Positions 9,934 to 21,900 of a stretch of DNA of 64,000 bases are shown in pieces. The DNA is from Bacillota bacterium. Lineage in GTDB: Bacteria > Bacillota > DTU065. A program made the position numbers and the translations under genes. Under the pieces are notes generated by a model. That model made no database searches and was not told where the DNA came from. It was given only the letters and a program-made list of their open reading frames with translations. How positions within the stretch are numbered: the first letter of the stretch is position 1; every line of letters begins with the position of its first letter. Location of the stretch: positions 17,834-81,833 of the forward strand of contig DAIMKF010000004.1 in the NCBI GenBank assembly GCA_036721855.1, written 5' to 3'.

Positions 9934-10130
9934 AGAGTTCACTCCTAATCTATAACTTATAGTATTTGGATTCAACTACTTTGGCTGACAGCATAAAAAT
10001 AGAATTGAAAGATAATAGTTAGTTCTTTAAATAACTATAGAAAGCTCAAGTGGCCTTAATGTTTAAAAACTATATGACCTTTCGTTCACTTGCTTGCAAA
10101 AGTATTAGTAAAAGGTATGAATCTTAATAA

Positions 10131-11384
10131 TCACTTTAAAATTATTTCTTTAGGAAAAGGGGTCATTCTGGAAATGTGCCACATTTTATCGATATAAGCA
10201 GTTGTATAGGCTTGCTCAATAAGGTGAAAATAATAAGCTCCCTTTTCGGTAAGTTGGTAGGAGGTAGGTTGTTTTTTAACCAGCCCCAGTTTTCTTGCTA
10301 ACCAGAATTCAAAGTCAAATAACTTATTAAGATGAAGACCAAAAAATTGTTCGAATTCTTCCAGGTTTATTTGCATAGAGTAGGCTTGCCAAAATAAATA
10401 GTAGACTGCCCGTTGCCGCAGGTTAAAATTTAAGGTTAGGGAAGTAGGAAGTTGAGCCTCGCTCAAGCGCTGGCAATAGGCAGCTATGGAAAAGGTGTTG
10501 ATCTTAAATTGCTCTTTAAGCAAAGTCGTGGCTGAAACACCAAAGCCTAAGAAGTTATCTCTGGTGATTGAGGAGTATTTTTTCGTGTCGGGCTTGGCAA
10601 ATGTCCAGATCGAAGTCCTTCGGCGGCCTGTTTTTTGGCAGTAAGTCGAGATGGCCTTTAACATTTTTTTCTTATCTTTTTCCGCAAGCGGTTTATATTG
10701 GTTGTCGGCAAAAGTAAAATCTATAAACGGATAGGTAGATATTTGCGTAGCTCCATAGAAAAAAGCAGTCTCAATATCGTCCAGTAAAAGCTCTTCGGTC
10801 TGATTGGGAATAGCAAATATCAAATCCACATCCACCACTTCAAAATCTGCTTCCTTAATTAAGCTAAATATATTTTCAAAGTCTATGGGTTTCCTACCTA
10901 GAGCCGACAAACACTGCGGGTGAAAAGACTGTATCCCTACACTTATCATAGAAACTCCGGCTGCTTTTAACTTTTTTAAGTTATTCTTGGAGATATCTTC
11001 AGGGTGCAGTTCAACCCCGATTCCCTGGGTAATATGAAAGTATTTTTTTAGAGTTTGGATCAGCTCGTTTATATCCTCAATCATTAAGGCCGGTGTTCCT
11101 CCCCCAAAGTAGAGACTAGTCACTTCCTTTGGAGAATGTAATTGTAAACCAACTAGTTTGATCTCTTTAAGCAGGGCCTTTAGATAGTCTTTGGCTAAAT
11201 CCTCTTTATAGATCTCTTTACAATAGGGACAAAAAGAACAAAGCTTACGGCAAAACGGCAGATGAACATAAAGGCCTAACTCCACTTCTTTTTCACAATC
11301 CAGCTCATTGGTATATGAATCTCTAAATTGAAACGGCTTCAAGGATCTTGTTAACCAGATTCTCATTAACGATGTTAATAACAT
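10131..11384 (-). CDS. HemN/HemW-like radical SAM protein
   Basis: GLYVHLPFCRKLCSFCPY (CxxxCxxC), SLYFGGGTP, SVGIQSF, VDLIFAIPNQT. RBS GAGGAGG. Confidence 0.88.
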   Translation of the reverse strand: MLLTSLMRIWLTRSLKPFQFRDSYTNELDCEKEVELGLYVHLPFCRKLCSFCPYCKEIYKEDLAKDYLKALLKEIKLVGLQLHSPKEVTSLYFGGGTPALMIEDINELIQTLKKYFHITQGIGVELHPEDISKNNLKKLKAAGVSMISVGIQSFHPQCLSALGRKPIDFENIFSLIKEADFEVVDVDLIFAIPNQTEELLLDDIETAFFYGATQISTYPFIDFTFADNQYKPLAEKDKKKMLKAISTYCQKTGRRRTSIWTFAKPDTKKYSSITRDNFLGFGVSATTLLKEQFKINTFSIAAYCQRLSEAQLPTSLTLNFNLRQRAVYYLFWQAYSMQINLEEFEQFFGLHLNKLFDFEFWLARKLGLVKKQPTSYQLTEKGAYYFHLIEQAYTTAYIDKMWHISRMTPFPKEIILK

Positions 11385-11714
11385 ATTAGCCTCCTCTAAT
11401 TTAGTAAAGATAATTACCTAGAGAAGTTGTATATTACCTTTATAACAAAAGATAACCAGCCTCAGAATGTTAATTACAGGAGTTTTTTAAGTTTAATAAA
11501 CCCAAATCGTATAATTTAAACATCGACTAGTCTGATTAGATTAATCTGTTATTTCCTTATTAACCTTGCTTTCCCTTTATTGTCTATTTTCGATAGCTTA
11601 TCTTTAACGATTAAAATGAGCCGCTGTCATTTATATTTAGTATAAATCCGTAAACTCTGCGTTTTTTATCGTAGTAAGTAACTTACAATTGCCGACTTAT
11701 ACAGGAAATAAATT

Positions 11715-11752
11715 ACCCCTTTAGTACTATTTTAATAGACTACTAAAGGGGT
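11715..11752. terminator. Terminator hairpin
   Basis: ACCCCTTTAGTA...TACTAAAGGGGT, a 12-bp stem. Confidence 0.6.
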
Positions 11753-11823
11753 GTTTGTATTTTTATCTATCTTTTGACTATCCCTACTAAAGTTTTGGGC
11801 AATAAGGTCAGGTATTATTTTCT

Positions 11824-13068
11824 CTAGTCCAAGAAGTTTTTATTATGAAATCTTGCATGGCCTCAAACATCCTCTCAAAGCTTTCTATACTAGCCGGACT
11901 GTGCGGATTATCGGGAAAAAAGAGGACCTCTGGCAGATTGCCCAGTTATTTATGGCCTTAATATTCTGCGACGGATAGACGGCTTGGTCTTAGCCGGAAT
12001 AGACAATTGAAATCGGCGCTTTGAGTCTGTCAGCAAACTAGAAGGAGACATGACCTTGGCAAGTTCAGTATAAGGAAGTGGAGCCACACATAAATGGGAG
12101 GCTGGTACGACCTCTTTTTGCATCAATTCATCACCTAAATCAGTCCAGTCCCAGAGACCCATTTGTGGCATAGCTACCTTGTATAATTCAGGATGAGTCA
12201 CTGCCTGATAAAAGGAAGAATAACCGCCGTAGGAGTGACCCATTATCCCTATCCTTTTAGGATCGGTAATTCCTATCTTAATAGCCCAGTTGGCTTCATC
12301 CAAGATGTCTTTTTGGGCTAAAAGCTGTCTCTGCTTGCAGAATCAGTATATTCATTGCCAAACCCTAAAGAAAAGCGGAAGTTAACCGATAAAACAGCTA
12401 TGCCGAGGTTAGCTGCTAAAAGGGTTTGGGGGTTAGGGGTCCAGGAAAAACGCAGTGTCGAACCGCCGTGAACATTAATTAGCAGAGGGAGATTTTACGG
12501 CCTCTTACCCAAAGATATGGTCAGATAACCATAGACTGTAGCTCCGTCACTGGCTTTAAAAGAAACCGGATAGCTGTGAGCAATCTGATTTGTGGGGATC
12601 AAAGGCTTAGAAACCTCGCTAACTTGTCCGGTTTTGGTATTATACAGGCTGTAGATGCCAAGATCTCTGTCCTCTAAGTGTTTAAGCAAGAAATAAGTAT
12701 AATCTGAAGTTACCAGCATCGGATATTGAAATTGCCCGGTTTTTAAGTTACCTCGTTCATAATATCGGCTAGTTTGTCATCTAGGACAACTAATCTTAGC
12801 TTGTCATCTACATAGTAAGTTGCCAGTAGCTTTCTGTTTGTGGAATCAAAAAGATCAGGCAACTGCATGCCCATTAAAACTTAGTAAGTTCTACTGCCAC
12901 ATCGGAGTGGGGATTTTGATAGATTACCTTACGGGTTAATGAAATAGGATCGACTTCGTAAAGAGTTACATAGTTATCATAGCAGTTTGCCTGGACCTGT
13001 ATTTTGGACAGTAAGATCAACAAAATAAAACAGCAGATAACCTTTGTTCTTGCAAGGCTGCTTTTCAT
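11824..13068 (-). pseudogene. S9 (prolyl oligopeptidase-family) peptidase, heavily frameshifted
   Basis: Signal-peptide ORF 12874-13068, then YPVSFKASDGATVYGYLT, then GIAVLSVNFR, DPKRIGIMGHSYGGY (nucleophile elbow), and a tail EVLFFPDNPHS...NFLD*. The pieces are spread over several frames with stops. Confidence 0.85.
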
Positions 13069-13382
13069 AAGCTACCCTCTATCTGCGTAAGTTTTCAATA
13101 TTTACAAGAACTTCCTCCACTATAAGAAAATATATTTAAACTATCGCCTTCAGTAATAAGGTAATGGGAATATAAAAAATACAGATTTAACACCCCTTAT
13201 CTCCTTTTAATTAACATTTAAGTACCTCTACGTTTTCGGGCAAAACTGAGTCTTCTTATTAAGCTAGCTAGCAATCTCAAAGATTTTTCTTGCATTACGG
13301 TAGGCAATATATTTTTGCCTTATGTCCTAAGTGACTTTATGTAATAGAGCTAGATATTTAAATAACTATCTCCTCTTAACCC

Positions 13383-15809
13383 TCACTCGCTGCCAGCTCT
13401 TGCTGCTTGACTAACCTTTGATGGGATTAAACGCAAAAATCGGCTTGGAGTGCGAGATTTATACATATCTTCCCTATAATAACTTAAAAACAGCTGCTTT
13501 TTCGCCCTGGTAAGGCCTACATAAAAAACTCTACGCTCCTCAAGTTCCCTTTTCTCAATAATAGCATAATAATTAGGAAACTCTTTTTCTGTCAAACCAG
13601 GCATAAAGACAATCTGAAATTCCAAACCTTTAGCCTGATGAATTGTTATCACGGCCACTCTTTCTTCTATATCAATGCGATCAATGTTTTTTGCCAGAGA
13701 GGCAAACTTTAAAATGGCATCTAAAGCTGTAACCGGATGAAGTTTAGGATCGTCTTTATCAATAAAGGTTTGCATTAACTCATCGAGACTAGCCATTTGC
13801 TGGCAGTTTTTATAGAGTTCAAGTAAGCCACTTTCCTGCAAGATTATTTCTAGAAGGTCATAAGGCCTGGTTTCTTTTAACAGCTTTTTCCATCTGGCTA
13901 TTTGCAAGGCTAAAGGTCTAAAAAGCTTGGCATAGCATCTAACCATTTCTTGTCTTGGTGGTGCTGTTTTTTTGATTAGTGGCCTAAGATATTTTAATAA
14001 ATCAAGGGTGGCTTCGATATCGGCGCTAGCTTTATGTAACGGTTTATGAGGCAGATTTAGTAAAGCAGCTAAATCTTGCAGGCGATAACTTGAGGATTCC
14101 AAAAAACGTTTAGCAATGATAAGAGTATCATAATAAGCTTGATACTTGAAAGAATAACCCTGTCGATAAGACGCAGCCTCAATCATTTTTAAATCGAATT
14201 TCACATTATGACCTACTAAAACGCTGTTTGCACAAAATTGATAAAAATCGCTTAGGACCAGCCTAACATCTTCGCCATTTTGCTTAAGATAATTATCGGA
14301 AAAACCGTGAATATAAAAACTATCACCCACCAGCCTACTTGGCTTAATAAACCTATGAAACTTTTCGACCACACTTCCGTTTAGGATTTTATAAGCCGCC
14401 AGCTCTACTATTTCATCTACTTTAGGATCCAAGCCGGTGGTTTCGCAGTCAAAAACTATAATGGATCCGCTTTCTAAAGCCTTGAGCAAAATAGCATAAG
14501 GGTCATCTAATAATAACGTCGTCACTGAACCAAAATCAGCCAAACGCAGACCGGTTTTTTCTGCATCCTCGATCATATCGATCACAGCATTTGTAATATT
14601 ATACCCGGAACTTCTTAATAGGCGTCTAAAGCTAGGCTGATCCTCTGGGTTTAGAAGAAATCGCAGATAAGAAAGACAATCTTTAACTTCCTTGCGTTGA
14701 AAGAATTGATACTTCTCGGCATCTAGGTGTGGTACACCATTGCTTTCTAAAGCTTTAGAAACAACTGTGGCCCTTTTATTGGAACGAGTTAGTACCCCAA
14801 TTTCGCTATATTTAACCCCTTTTTGATGCAGATGCTTTATTTCTTGAGCGATCCAGGTAGCTTCATTAAACTCGTTAATTAAGCCTTTTATGATAATTGG
14901 CGGGCCAACCTCAACTTTTGATGTTGGTTTTGGTAGAGCATTACGACTATAGGTAGATACTACAGCACAAGCAGCTTCTATTAGTGTTTTGGTTGAACGG
15001 TGATTTTCGTCAAAGTTAATAGTGAGGTGATCCGGAAATTCTTGTGCGTACCGCTGAATCACTTTTTGGGGTGTGGAACCTCGCCATTCATAAATTGTTT
15101 GATCAAAATCCCCGCACAAAACTAAATTATTGCCATGTTTGGCCAATAAGGAGATCACATTGTACTCAGCCAGATGGGTGTCTTGCATTTCATCGACTTG
15201 AATCATTAAATACCGTTACTCAGCTTTAACCATAGGATTGGTTTTAAGAGCCTGGTTAACCACAGCTATTAAATCGGCAAAATCCAATGCACTGTTAGCT
15301 CGCAGTTGATTTTGATATAAATGAAACGCCAGTAAGAAATCTTCAGGTTTAATTGTTCCCAAAGGCAGCATCTCATCGATTTTGTAATTTTGAAACAAGG
15401 TGTTAATCTTATCTTCTGGTAATAATAAAAAGTCTGTCAGTTTAAGGCTAGAAATTAAATCTTTGGCATCATCATCATCAAAGATACCAAAATCTTGCGG
15501 TACCCCTACCCTTTTGGCACTCTGATACAAAACTTGAGCACAAAAGCCATGAAAGGTTTTAATAACCACTTGATGGGCCTTTGTGGGGCAATATTTTTTT
15601 ATGCGTTCTCGCATCTCTTCAGCGGCTCGATTAGTAAAAGTTACACAAAGAATCCTCTCCGGTGGTATACCGTTTTCAATAGCCTTGCTGACCCGAAGGG
15701 CTAAAGAAAACGTTTTACCGGTACCGACACAGGCTTGCAGCAAAATATTTTTGTCCCAATTGTCTATAAACCTCTGTTGTCTTTCTGTCGGCTCAACTAG
15801 GCTAGGCAT
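13383..15809 (-). pseudogene. UvrD/REP-type helicase with an inserted DEDDh 3'-5' exonuclease domain, interrupted by one in-frame TAA
   Basis: ACVGTGKT, VTFTNRAA, DFADL, then GAG TAA CGG TAT at 15216-15218, continuing in frame to IQVDEMQD, GDFDQTIYEWRG, FDCETTGLD, GHNVKFD, HKASAD, TIHQAKGLEF, EERRVFYVGLTRAK. ATG 15809 follows GGAGG. Confidence 0.88.
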
Positions 15810-16307
15810 TGAATAACCTCCATAATTAAAATTGGTAACTGTAAAAGGAATCTCTCCTTGGAAAAGACTTTCCTTTTGTTTCTCCACAACTAACCTCTGG
15901 GAAAATACTTTTTTTGGCAGCTGGGAAATAAATTACTGTTGGGTAGTAATCTGTTTATTAGTGCGAAGCTTAGATACCTCTCTGGTGGTCTATCCCTTAA
16001 GTTTTTAGTAAATTAGTTAGCTAGCTATAATTATTAGTGACTATTCCAACGAAAATACCCCTAACAATCATATACCATCTAAAAACCCTTGCTACTTTGG
16101 CATCTTTTTCATTTATACACCTCCCTCCTAATTTAACTGTTGATATATATAAAATTCCATTCTTATCTAGCTATACCTTTATAATAGCTATACTAAGTAT
16201 TTAGCCAAATAATCGGTCTCTTTGATCTTTATGCTTGATTTTAGCTAAACAAAAAGGAGCGAAAAAAGCTTGCGCGAAAGAAACTAATATAAGGGGTGAG
16301 CTGCTAT

Positions 16308-17342
16308 ATGAACCAAAAGCTATTTCAGTTCAATGCTTCCCAAAGCTTGGCCATTTCTGTGATTAGAGCTATTGCAACCTTAATGATAATCTCTTGTCAT
16401 GTCATGCAAGGTTATAACCACTTCTTAGCCTGGTGGTTTAATGTGGGTGTTCACATCTTTTTGTTTATGTCTGGATTTTTGCTAGCCCACTTAGACTATA
16501 CCAACAAGTTTTTTTATCTCAAAAAAAGACTTAAGAGGATTCTAATCCCTTATTGGCTTTTTCTGCTTTTAGCATTGCCTCTCTTATATTATTATACCGG
16601 CAGTCTAAAGATCAGCTTAAAACAAATTCCTAAGTATCTAATCGGAACTATCGGATTTAATATAAACGTGGCTGGGATAGAACACCTCTGGTTTTTATCT
16701 CTTATTATTTACTGTTATGTTGTGGCAATTTTTTTAAGTTATCTTAGAAATATCTCTTGCAGGTTAAGTGCAGGTGTTTTTTATCTTGGTTTGGGTTTTC
16801 TCTTTTTTATATTACACCGACTGGAAACAGCCACTTGGCTACCCTTTTCATATGCAGCTGGGATAGCCACCTTTGTCTTGGCTTTCTTTATTTCCTCTCG
16901 CTATCAAGGGCAAATCCCTAGAAAACTTGCTATCGGACTGGGGCTTACTACCGCAGTAACTACCCTTATTAGAATCTACTTTGAACACCTCTCCCCCATA
17001 AATAGACTCCCTGTAAGATATGTTCCCTGGTCAAAATTCTTTTTAGGAAGCTTTTTGTTTGTTGTAATGTATTTACTGTTTTCCAAGATTAACTGGGAAG
17101 CCCTCCCCAAAACAGCCACAGCTTTAAGGACTCTTCCTAATTATTCTTATGAAATATACATAACCCACCAAATTTTTATTTTAGGACCGTTTTCTCTGCT
17201 TAACTTGACATATCTAAAAATATTAAACCTCCTAATAATAGCCGTTTTAATCACTGTTAGTGCTGTTTTTTTGAAGTGGTTAAGTGAACTGATTCTTTTG
17301 AAACTCACCCCGCAAAAACAATCGATATCAAAACAAATGTAG
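16308..17342 (+). CDS. Acyltransferase family 3 (OafA/YrhL-like) membrane protein
   Basis: IRAIATLMIISCH, VHIFLFMSGF, KRLKRILIPY, HLWFL, SYEIYITH. Many hydrophobic segments. Confidence 0.85.
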   Translation: MNQKLFQFNASQSLAISVIRAIATLMIISCHVMQGYNHFLAWWFNVGVHIFLFMSGFLLAHLDYTNKFFYLKKRLKRILIPYWLFLLLALPLLYYYTGSLKISLKQIPKYLIGTIGFNINVAGIEHLWFLSLIIYCYVVAIFLSYLRNISCRLSAGVFYLGLGFLFFILHRLETATWLPFSYAAGIATFVLAFFISSRYQGQIPRKLAIGLGLTTAVTTLIRIYFEHLSPINRLPVRYVPWSKFFLGSFLFVVMYLLFSKINWEALPKTATALRTLPNYSYEIYITHQIFILGPFSLLNLTYLKILNLLIIAVLITVSAVFLKWLSELILLKLTPQKQSISKQM

Positions 17343-17439
17343 GCAAAAACTACCTCGTTTTTGCAAAGATTATCCTACGCCTTGTCTACCTCATTTGTTG
17401 ACCAAAAAGTTTCCCACAGCCTTTTTAATAAAAAAACTA

Positions 17440-17468
17440 ACAGGAATAGCCTATTGATAAAGGAATAT
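17440..17468 (+). promoter_or_regulatory. Putative sigma-H-type promoter
   Basis: CAGGA-N17-GAAT about 30 nt upstream of the SBP start, matching the AGGA...GAAT pattern of Bacillus sigma-H promoters. Confidence 0.35.
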
Positions 17469-17498
17469 AAACAATAGCCTTAAAAAGGAGGAGATAGT

Positions 17499-18785
17499 GT
17501 GTGGTGTAAAAAATACTTTTCCAAAGCGTTTTGTATTTTACTCGTCCTAATTCTAGCTACTGGGGTTTTTGCAGAAAAGATTACTGTTTGGGTTTGGTAT
17601 GACGGAACTTTAGGACAAATCCTTAGGCAAATGGTAAAAGAAGACTTTGAAGCCAAAACTGGGATTCAAGTGGAATTTCAGAGTGCACCTGTAGCCGATA
17701 TAACCACTAAGTTGCTACTTGCGGTTATAGGTAATGATGCTCCTGATGTTGTTGAACTTTTTTCCAACCAAATTGTTGAACTAGGTGTGCGTGGAGCTTT
17801 ACAAAAAATCAATAATATGCCTAATTTTAATAAGGTTCTAGAGCAAATGCACCCAGGACTTATGAGGCAACTAACCTATAAGAATTCTGTTTTTGCTCTA
17901 CCCGGTGAGGTTAATTGGACTTGGTCATACTATCGCACCGATATTCTTAAAGAAATTGGCGCGGAATTTCCCAAAACTTGGGATGAACTAAAAAATTTGT
18001 CCGTTAAATTAAAAGCTAGAAATATGGATATCTATTATGACTACCAGGGTGACGAAGCTGCACGTACAACAACAAGATTCCTGCCGTTTGTTTTTCAAAG
18101 AGGTACCGATATCTATACAACAGACGGTACCGCTTCCAATTTAGATCATCCTCTGATTATTGAAGCGTTTAAAGAATTCATCTCTTTATTTAAAGATTAT
18201 AAATTTCCTTTAGAAGATCCCGGGTACCAGACCTTTACCGATGGCTCTACCCCTATTCAAATCTATCAAAACTGGTATTACTCAAGGTTCTATGTCGCAC
18301 CTCAGATCGAAGGCAACTGGGATATCGCTCAGATGCCAGGTCACAAGAAAAAAGATGGTTCAATTGATCATACTAATACAGGCAAGATGCTTACCTGGGC
18401 CATTACCTCTAGTTCTAAAAAGAAAGAGGCGGCTTGGAAGTTTTTAGAGTGGGTGGTTTCCCCACAGTTTATAGGTAAATTTTCTAAGCTCGCCTTAGAA
18501 ACCCCATCGAAATGGCATCTCTTTTTTTCAACCAGAGATTCTATTGATAAATCTGTTTTTCCTGTAGAACAACTGGATGTGGCTCGAAAAGCTTTAGCTG
18601 CTTGTAAGATGCAAAGGGCAGTTGTAGGAGGCTATGTTGCCGATCGCTATATTGACTTTGCTTTTTCCAGTGTTCTTTTTCAAAATGCCCGTCCTGAAGA
18701 TGCACTTATAAAAGCTGCAAAGGATTCCACACAAGAGATTCAAAGAAAGTTAAAAGAATTCAGCAAATATATTGCCAAGTTATAA
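17499..18785 (+). CDS. Carbohydrate ABC transporter extracellular solute-binding protein (orphan)
   Basis: Signal peptide, KITVW...FEAKTGIQVE...APDV, SKKKEAAWKFLEW. RBS AGGAGGAG. Confidence 0.85.
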   Translation: MWCKKYFSKAFCILLVLILATGVFAEKITVWVWYDGTLGQILRQMVKEDFEAKTGIQVEFQSAPVADITTKLLLAVIGNDAPDVVELFSNQIVELGVRGALQKINNMPNFNKVLEQMHPGLMRQLTYKNSVFALPGEVNWTWSYYRTDILKEIGAEFPKTWDELKNLSVKLKARNMDIYYDYQGDEAARTTTRFLPFVFQRGTDIYTTDGTASNLDHPLIIEAFKEFISLFKDYKFPLEDPGYQTFTDGSTPIQIYQNWYYSRFYVAPQIEGNWDIAQMPGHKKKDGSIDHTNTGKMLTWAITSSSKKKEAAWKFLEWVVSPQFIGKFSKLALETPSKWHLFFSTRDSIDKSVFPVEQLDVARKALAACKMQRAVVGGYVADRYIDFAFSSVLFQNARPEDALIKAAKDSTQEIQRKLKEFSKYIAKL

Positions 18786-18901
18786 GGGGAAAAATGCTAG
18801 AAGATTAATGTTAGTTGCATCATTTTTTCCTAATTTGACGCCACCATCTTCTTAGGCTTTGATCTCCAAGCGTGCGCTAAGTAGAAAAATTTATGGCCAA
18901 T

Positions 18902-18943
18902 ATTTAAGGAAGCCTTTGGTTTATACCGCCGGCTTCCTTAAAT
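18902..18943. terminator. Terminator between convergent genes
   Basis: ATTTAAGGAAGCC...GGCTTCCTTAAAT. Confidence 0.6.
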
Positions 18944-18971
18944 TTGTGAGGTTATTAAGTTTGTTTTGATT

Positions 18972-21900
18972 TTATTTTTTAGTCATAATGGCTAGACGTT
19001 TTATGGCAACCGGTCCCGGAACAGCATTTATCATCATCGTTATTTCTAGAGGCTGGGTCAGATCAAAACGATATTTCTTAAAGGCTTCGGTAATATCAAA
19101 GACACCATTAAATCTACCTGGACCACCATCAGATTCTATATTGCCCAAACCCTCAATAACATAGTTGAGACGGAAATTGATTGTTCTGTTTTTCTGTTTT
19201 ACAACCGGATATAAAACCCAGGAGCTGGAAGCATCGATATCTAGGTAGAGATAGACTTTACCATCTACCGGAGTAATTGTAACAGGGCTGGTATTGTATT
19301 TCATCTGTGGCCAACCGTTTGGAGCATCAGAGGTCTTTTCTATTCTTAGCCCACTTTCTGTTTTTGTAGCCAAAAGATAAGAACCTGTAGCGTTAAGCTT
19401 TACCGGACCATTGGAGTTAACCCAGTTATCCAGATCCAGATGGTATTCATATAAAACCTGCAAATCATCGGGATCGAGTGTTTTCTCCCCTTTGGTTTGT
19501 AAAGCGGTTTTAGCCACAAAGAGATCGTAATACACCTTGGCCGTTTGGTCCTCGCTCGGATTAGAAAAAGCCAAAATTGCCTCGGCTGCTCTTAGACTGC
19601 TCTCAAAATTGACAAAAGAATCCTTAAGGTAGTCTGCTCTGTCCAAGGCTTTAGCTTTAGCTACTAAAACCTTAAGATTATAAAGATCGGCCGGAGTTAA
19701 CAGAGTTTCAGGATTTTTGGGCTTAGCCAGATTAAATTGCAGGGGGACTGTATATACACTGCCGCTAGAGGTGGAAATAGCTGCCACCAAGGCCTCAGCG
19801 CTACCGGTATACCGGCTTTGATAGGTCTTACCTCCTTCAAGTACTATAGTTTCTATCTCGCCGCCTAATTCTACTGCCGCAAAAGCATAAGTGGTTAGCT
19901 GGCGTTTTGGGGGTTGGAAGTCTACGGTTATTTCAAACTCATCCCGCAGGCCAAAGGGGTTTTTACCTCCTGTCACAGGAGAAAAGGTCTTAGTCTTAAC
20001 CAGATTGCCTGAAAAAGTCATGGAGCGGAGATAGCCTTCTCCGTTGCAATCCGGGACACTTCCCTGGTAGTGCCTATTGCCGTTATAATAAGAATTAGGC
20101 ATCAGCTGAATAAACTGATAGTCGGAAAGTATTTCATAAATGACACGACTGCCAATTTTCTTTTCTAACTTAATACTGCCATGGTTGTGACCACATAAAA
20201 CCAGTTTAACATTTTCATTGGGAAGAACAATTTCGTTGTAGATCTCTTTAGCCCGCGAGTTGGTATCATAGCCGCCGGTGGTAGCTGAAAGATACTGATG
20301 GGTACAGATGATAGCGTTGCGATGGCTGTACCGCTGCAGTATCTGATTGGCCCAGGCAATTGTCTCGGGTGTTCCTTCCACGCCGTAGCCTAAATATATA
20401 ACAACGAGATCGTGATTGCCGATGGTCACCAAATCATAATGACAAGCATTGTTATTTAAACTGCCTCCATAATAAGGTTGGGTGCGGTAGCGATCGGCAC
20501 CGAAGTATTGAGAGAAAAGGCTGTAATCCATCGAAGGGTAGTTGCCGGTATCATGGTTTCCTGTCACCACACCGCTTGGTACACCCACACCTTCGGCATA
20601 ATTAATAGCCTTATCGGCTATCTCCCACTGATTTTTGGCCAGTGGACTGCTAGGAGCATCATCTACCAAATCCCCGGTATTGATAAGATAGCCTATATTC
20701 CCTTTTAAATACTCCTCGGCTGCATATTGGTACATCTGATCATAGAATCTATTTAGATCAGAAAACTTGGTGTAATGCTGGGGATCTGTAATCCACAAGA
20801 GGATATCGCTTCCATTAGTGAGATAATCTGTAACGGCCATAACCTGGAGCCTGCCCTCTTTGGCGTAACTGTCAAGATCTACCTCCGCCAAAAGATTAAC
20901 CTGGCCCCTACCTGTAGCCAGGGTATCCCAGGCTAAGGTTTTTTGATTGAACGCTTTTAAGGCCAGGCGTTCTCCTTCTATGGTTTCACCTTGGTAAGAC
21001 AACTTAATACTTGAGGCCTTAACACCGTTTACATCAACATAGAAGGCATGATAAGGCATAGCTGAAACCGCTTTGGTTGTTACACCTAAAACAGGATTTG
21101 GAATAGAAGAAGCCTGTTTTGATTGGGTTTTTAACCCATCAAAAGTACCATAGTAAGAGGTATACTCAAGCGGATTAGCTTCATAGAAAGCTACTTGGCA
21201 CCTTCTATGGCTATCAGCCAACAAGGAGAAACTCCCGTCGTCAGTGGTTGAAATTCGGTAGTCGGGTATTGCATTTTCCACGATATTAAAATAAAGACTT
21301 TGATAGATGGTATTGCCAGCCTTGTCACTGGCTTCAAAAATCAAACTATGCACACCGGGTTTAAGGTCTGTCAATTTAGTCTTTAGATTGGGAGTCTTGC
21401 CAATCTCTTGACCTTCTAAACGGGTAAGATGGGTTTTAAGACCGGTAACTTCATCACTAAAGGTTACTTCTAAGATAAAACCGTTTTCAATGTTTTGCTG
21501 ATTTATAATATTGGCAGTAACAACCGGCAAGGAATTATCAATGATTAGTTCTTTTCTAAAGACACAACTCTCGCCCACAAAAACTTCGACCATTTGCGGA
21601 CCATTTTTATAGGCTTTGGTGTCTAATTCAAAGATCGCTTCAGAATCTGGTTTTTCATAATTTAAGAGAAACTCTACTTTATAGGGAATATCAAAACGGC
21701 CTTTATCTACCGAATTGATAATCGTTTTATCGGTGGTATTGCCAGCCCAGGTATCATAACTTCCCCAGCCATCACCAACCCAGAACTTCTCATCATCTTT
21801 GAAAGGATATGGCTCATATCGCCGGATTACTTTCTCAGTTGAGCCCACGGCTTTAGCTTTATATGAGACAAACCCATCCGGAATAACCACCCGGCCATTT

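Noticed and set aside
15216-15218. Recoded stop (Sec/Pyl) in the helicase
   Set aside because: The codon is TAA, which is not used for Sec or Pyl.
15810-16112. Strong RBS (AGGAGGGAGG) with ATG at 16112 upstream of the helicase
   Set aside because: The frame closes after 6 codons and has many further stops. No family was recognisable, so at most it is an unidentifiable remnant.
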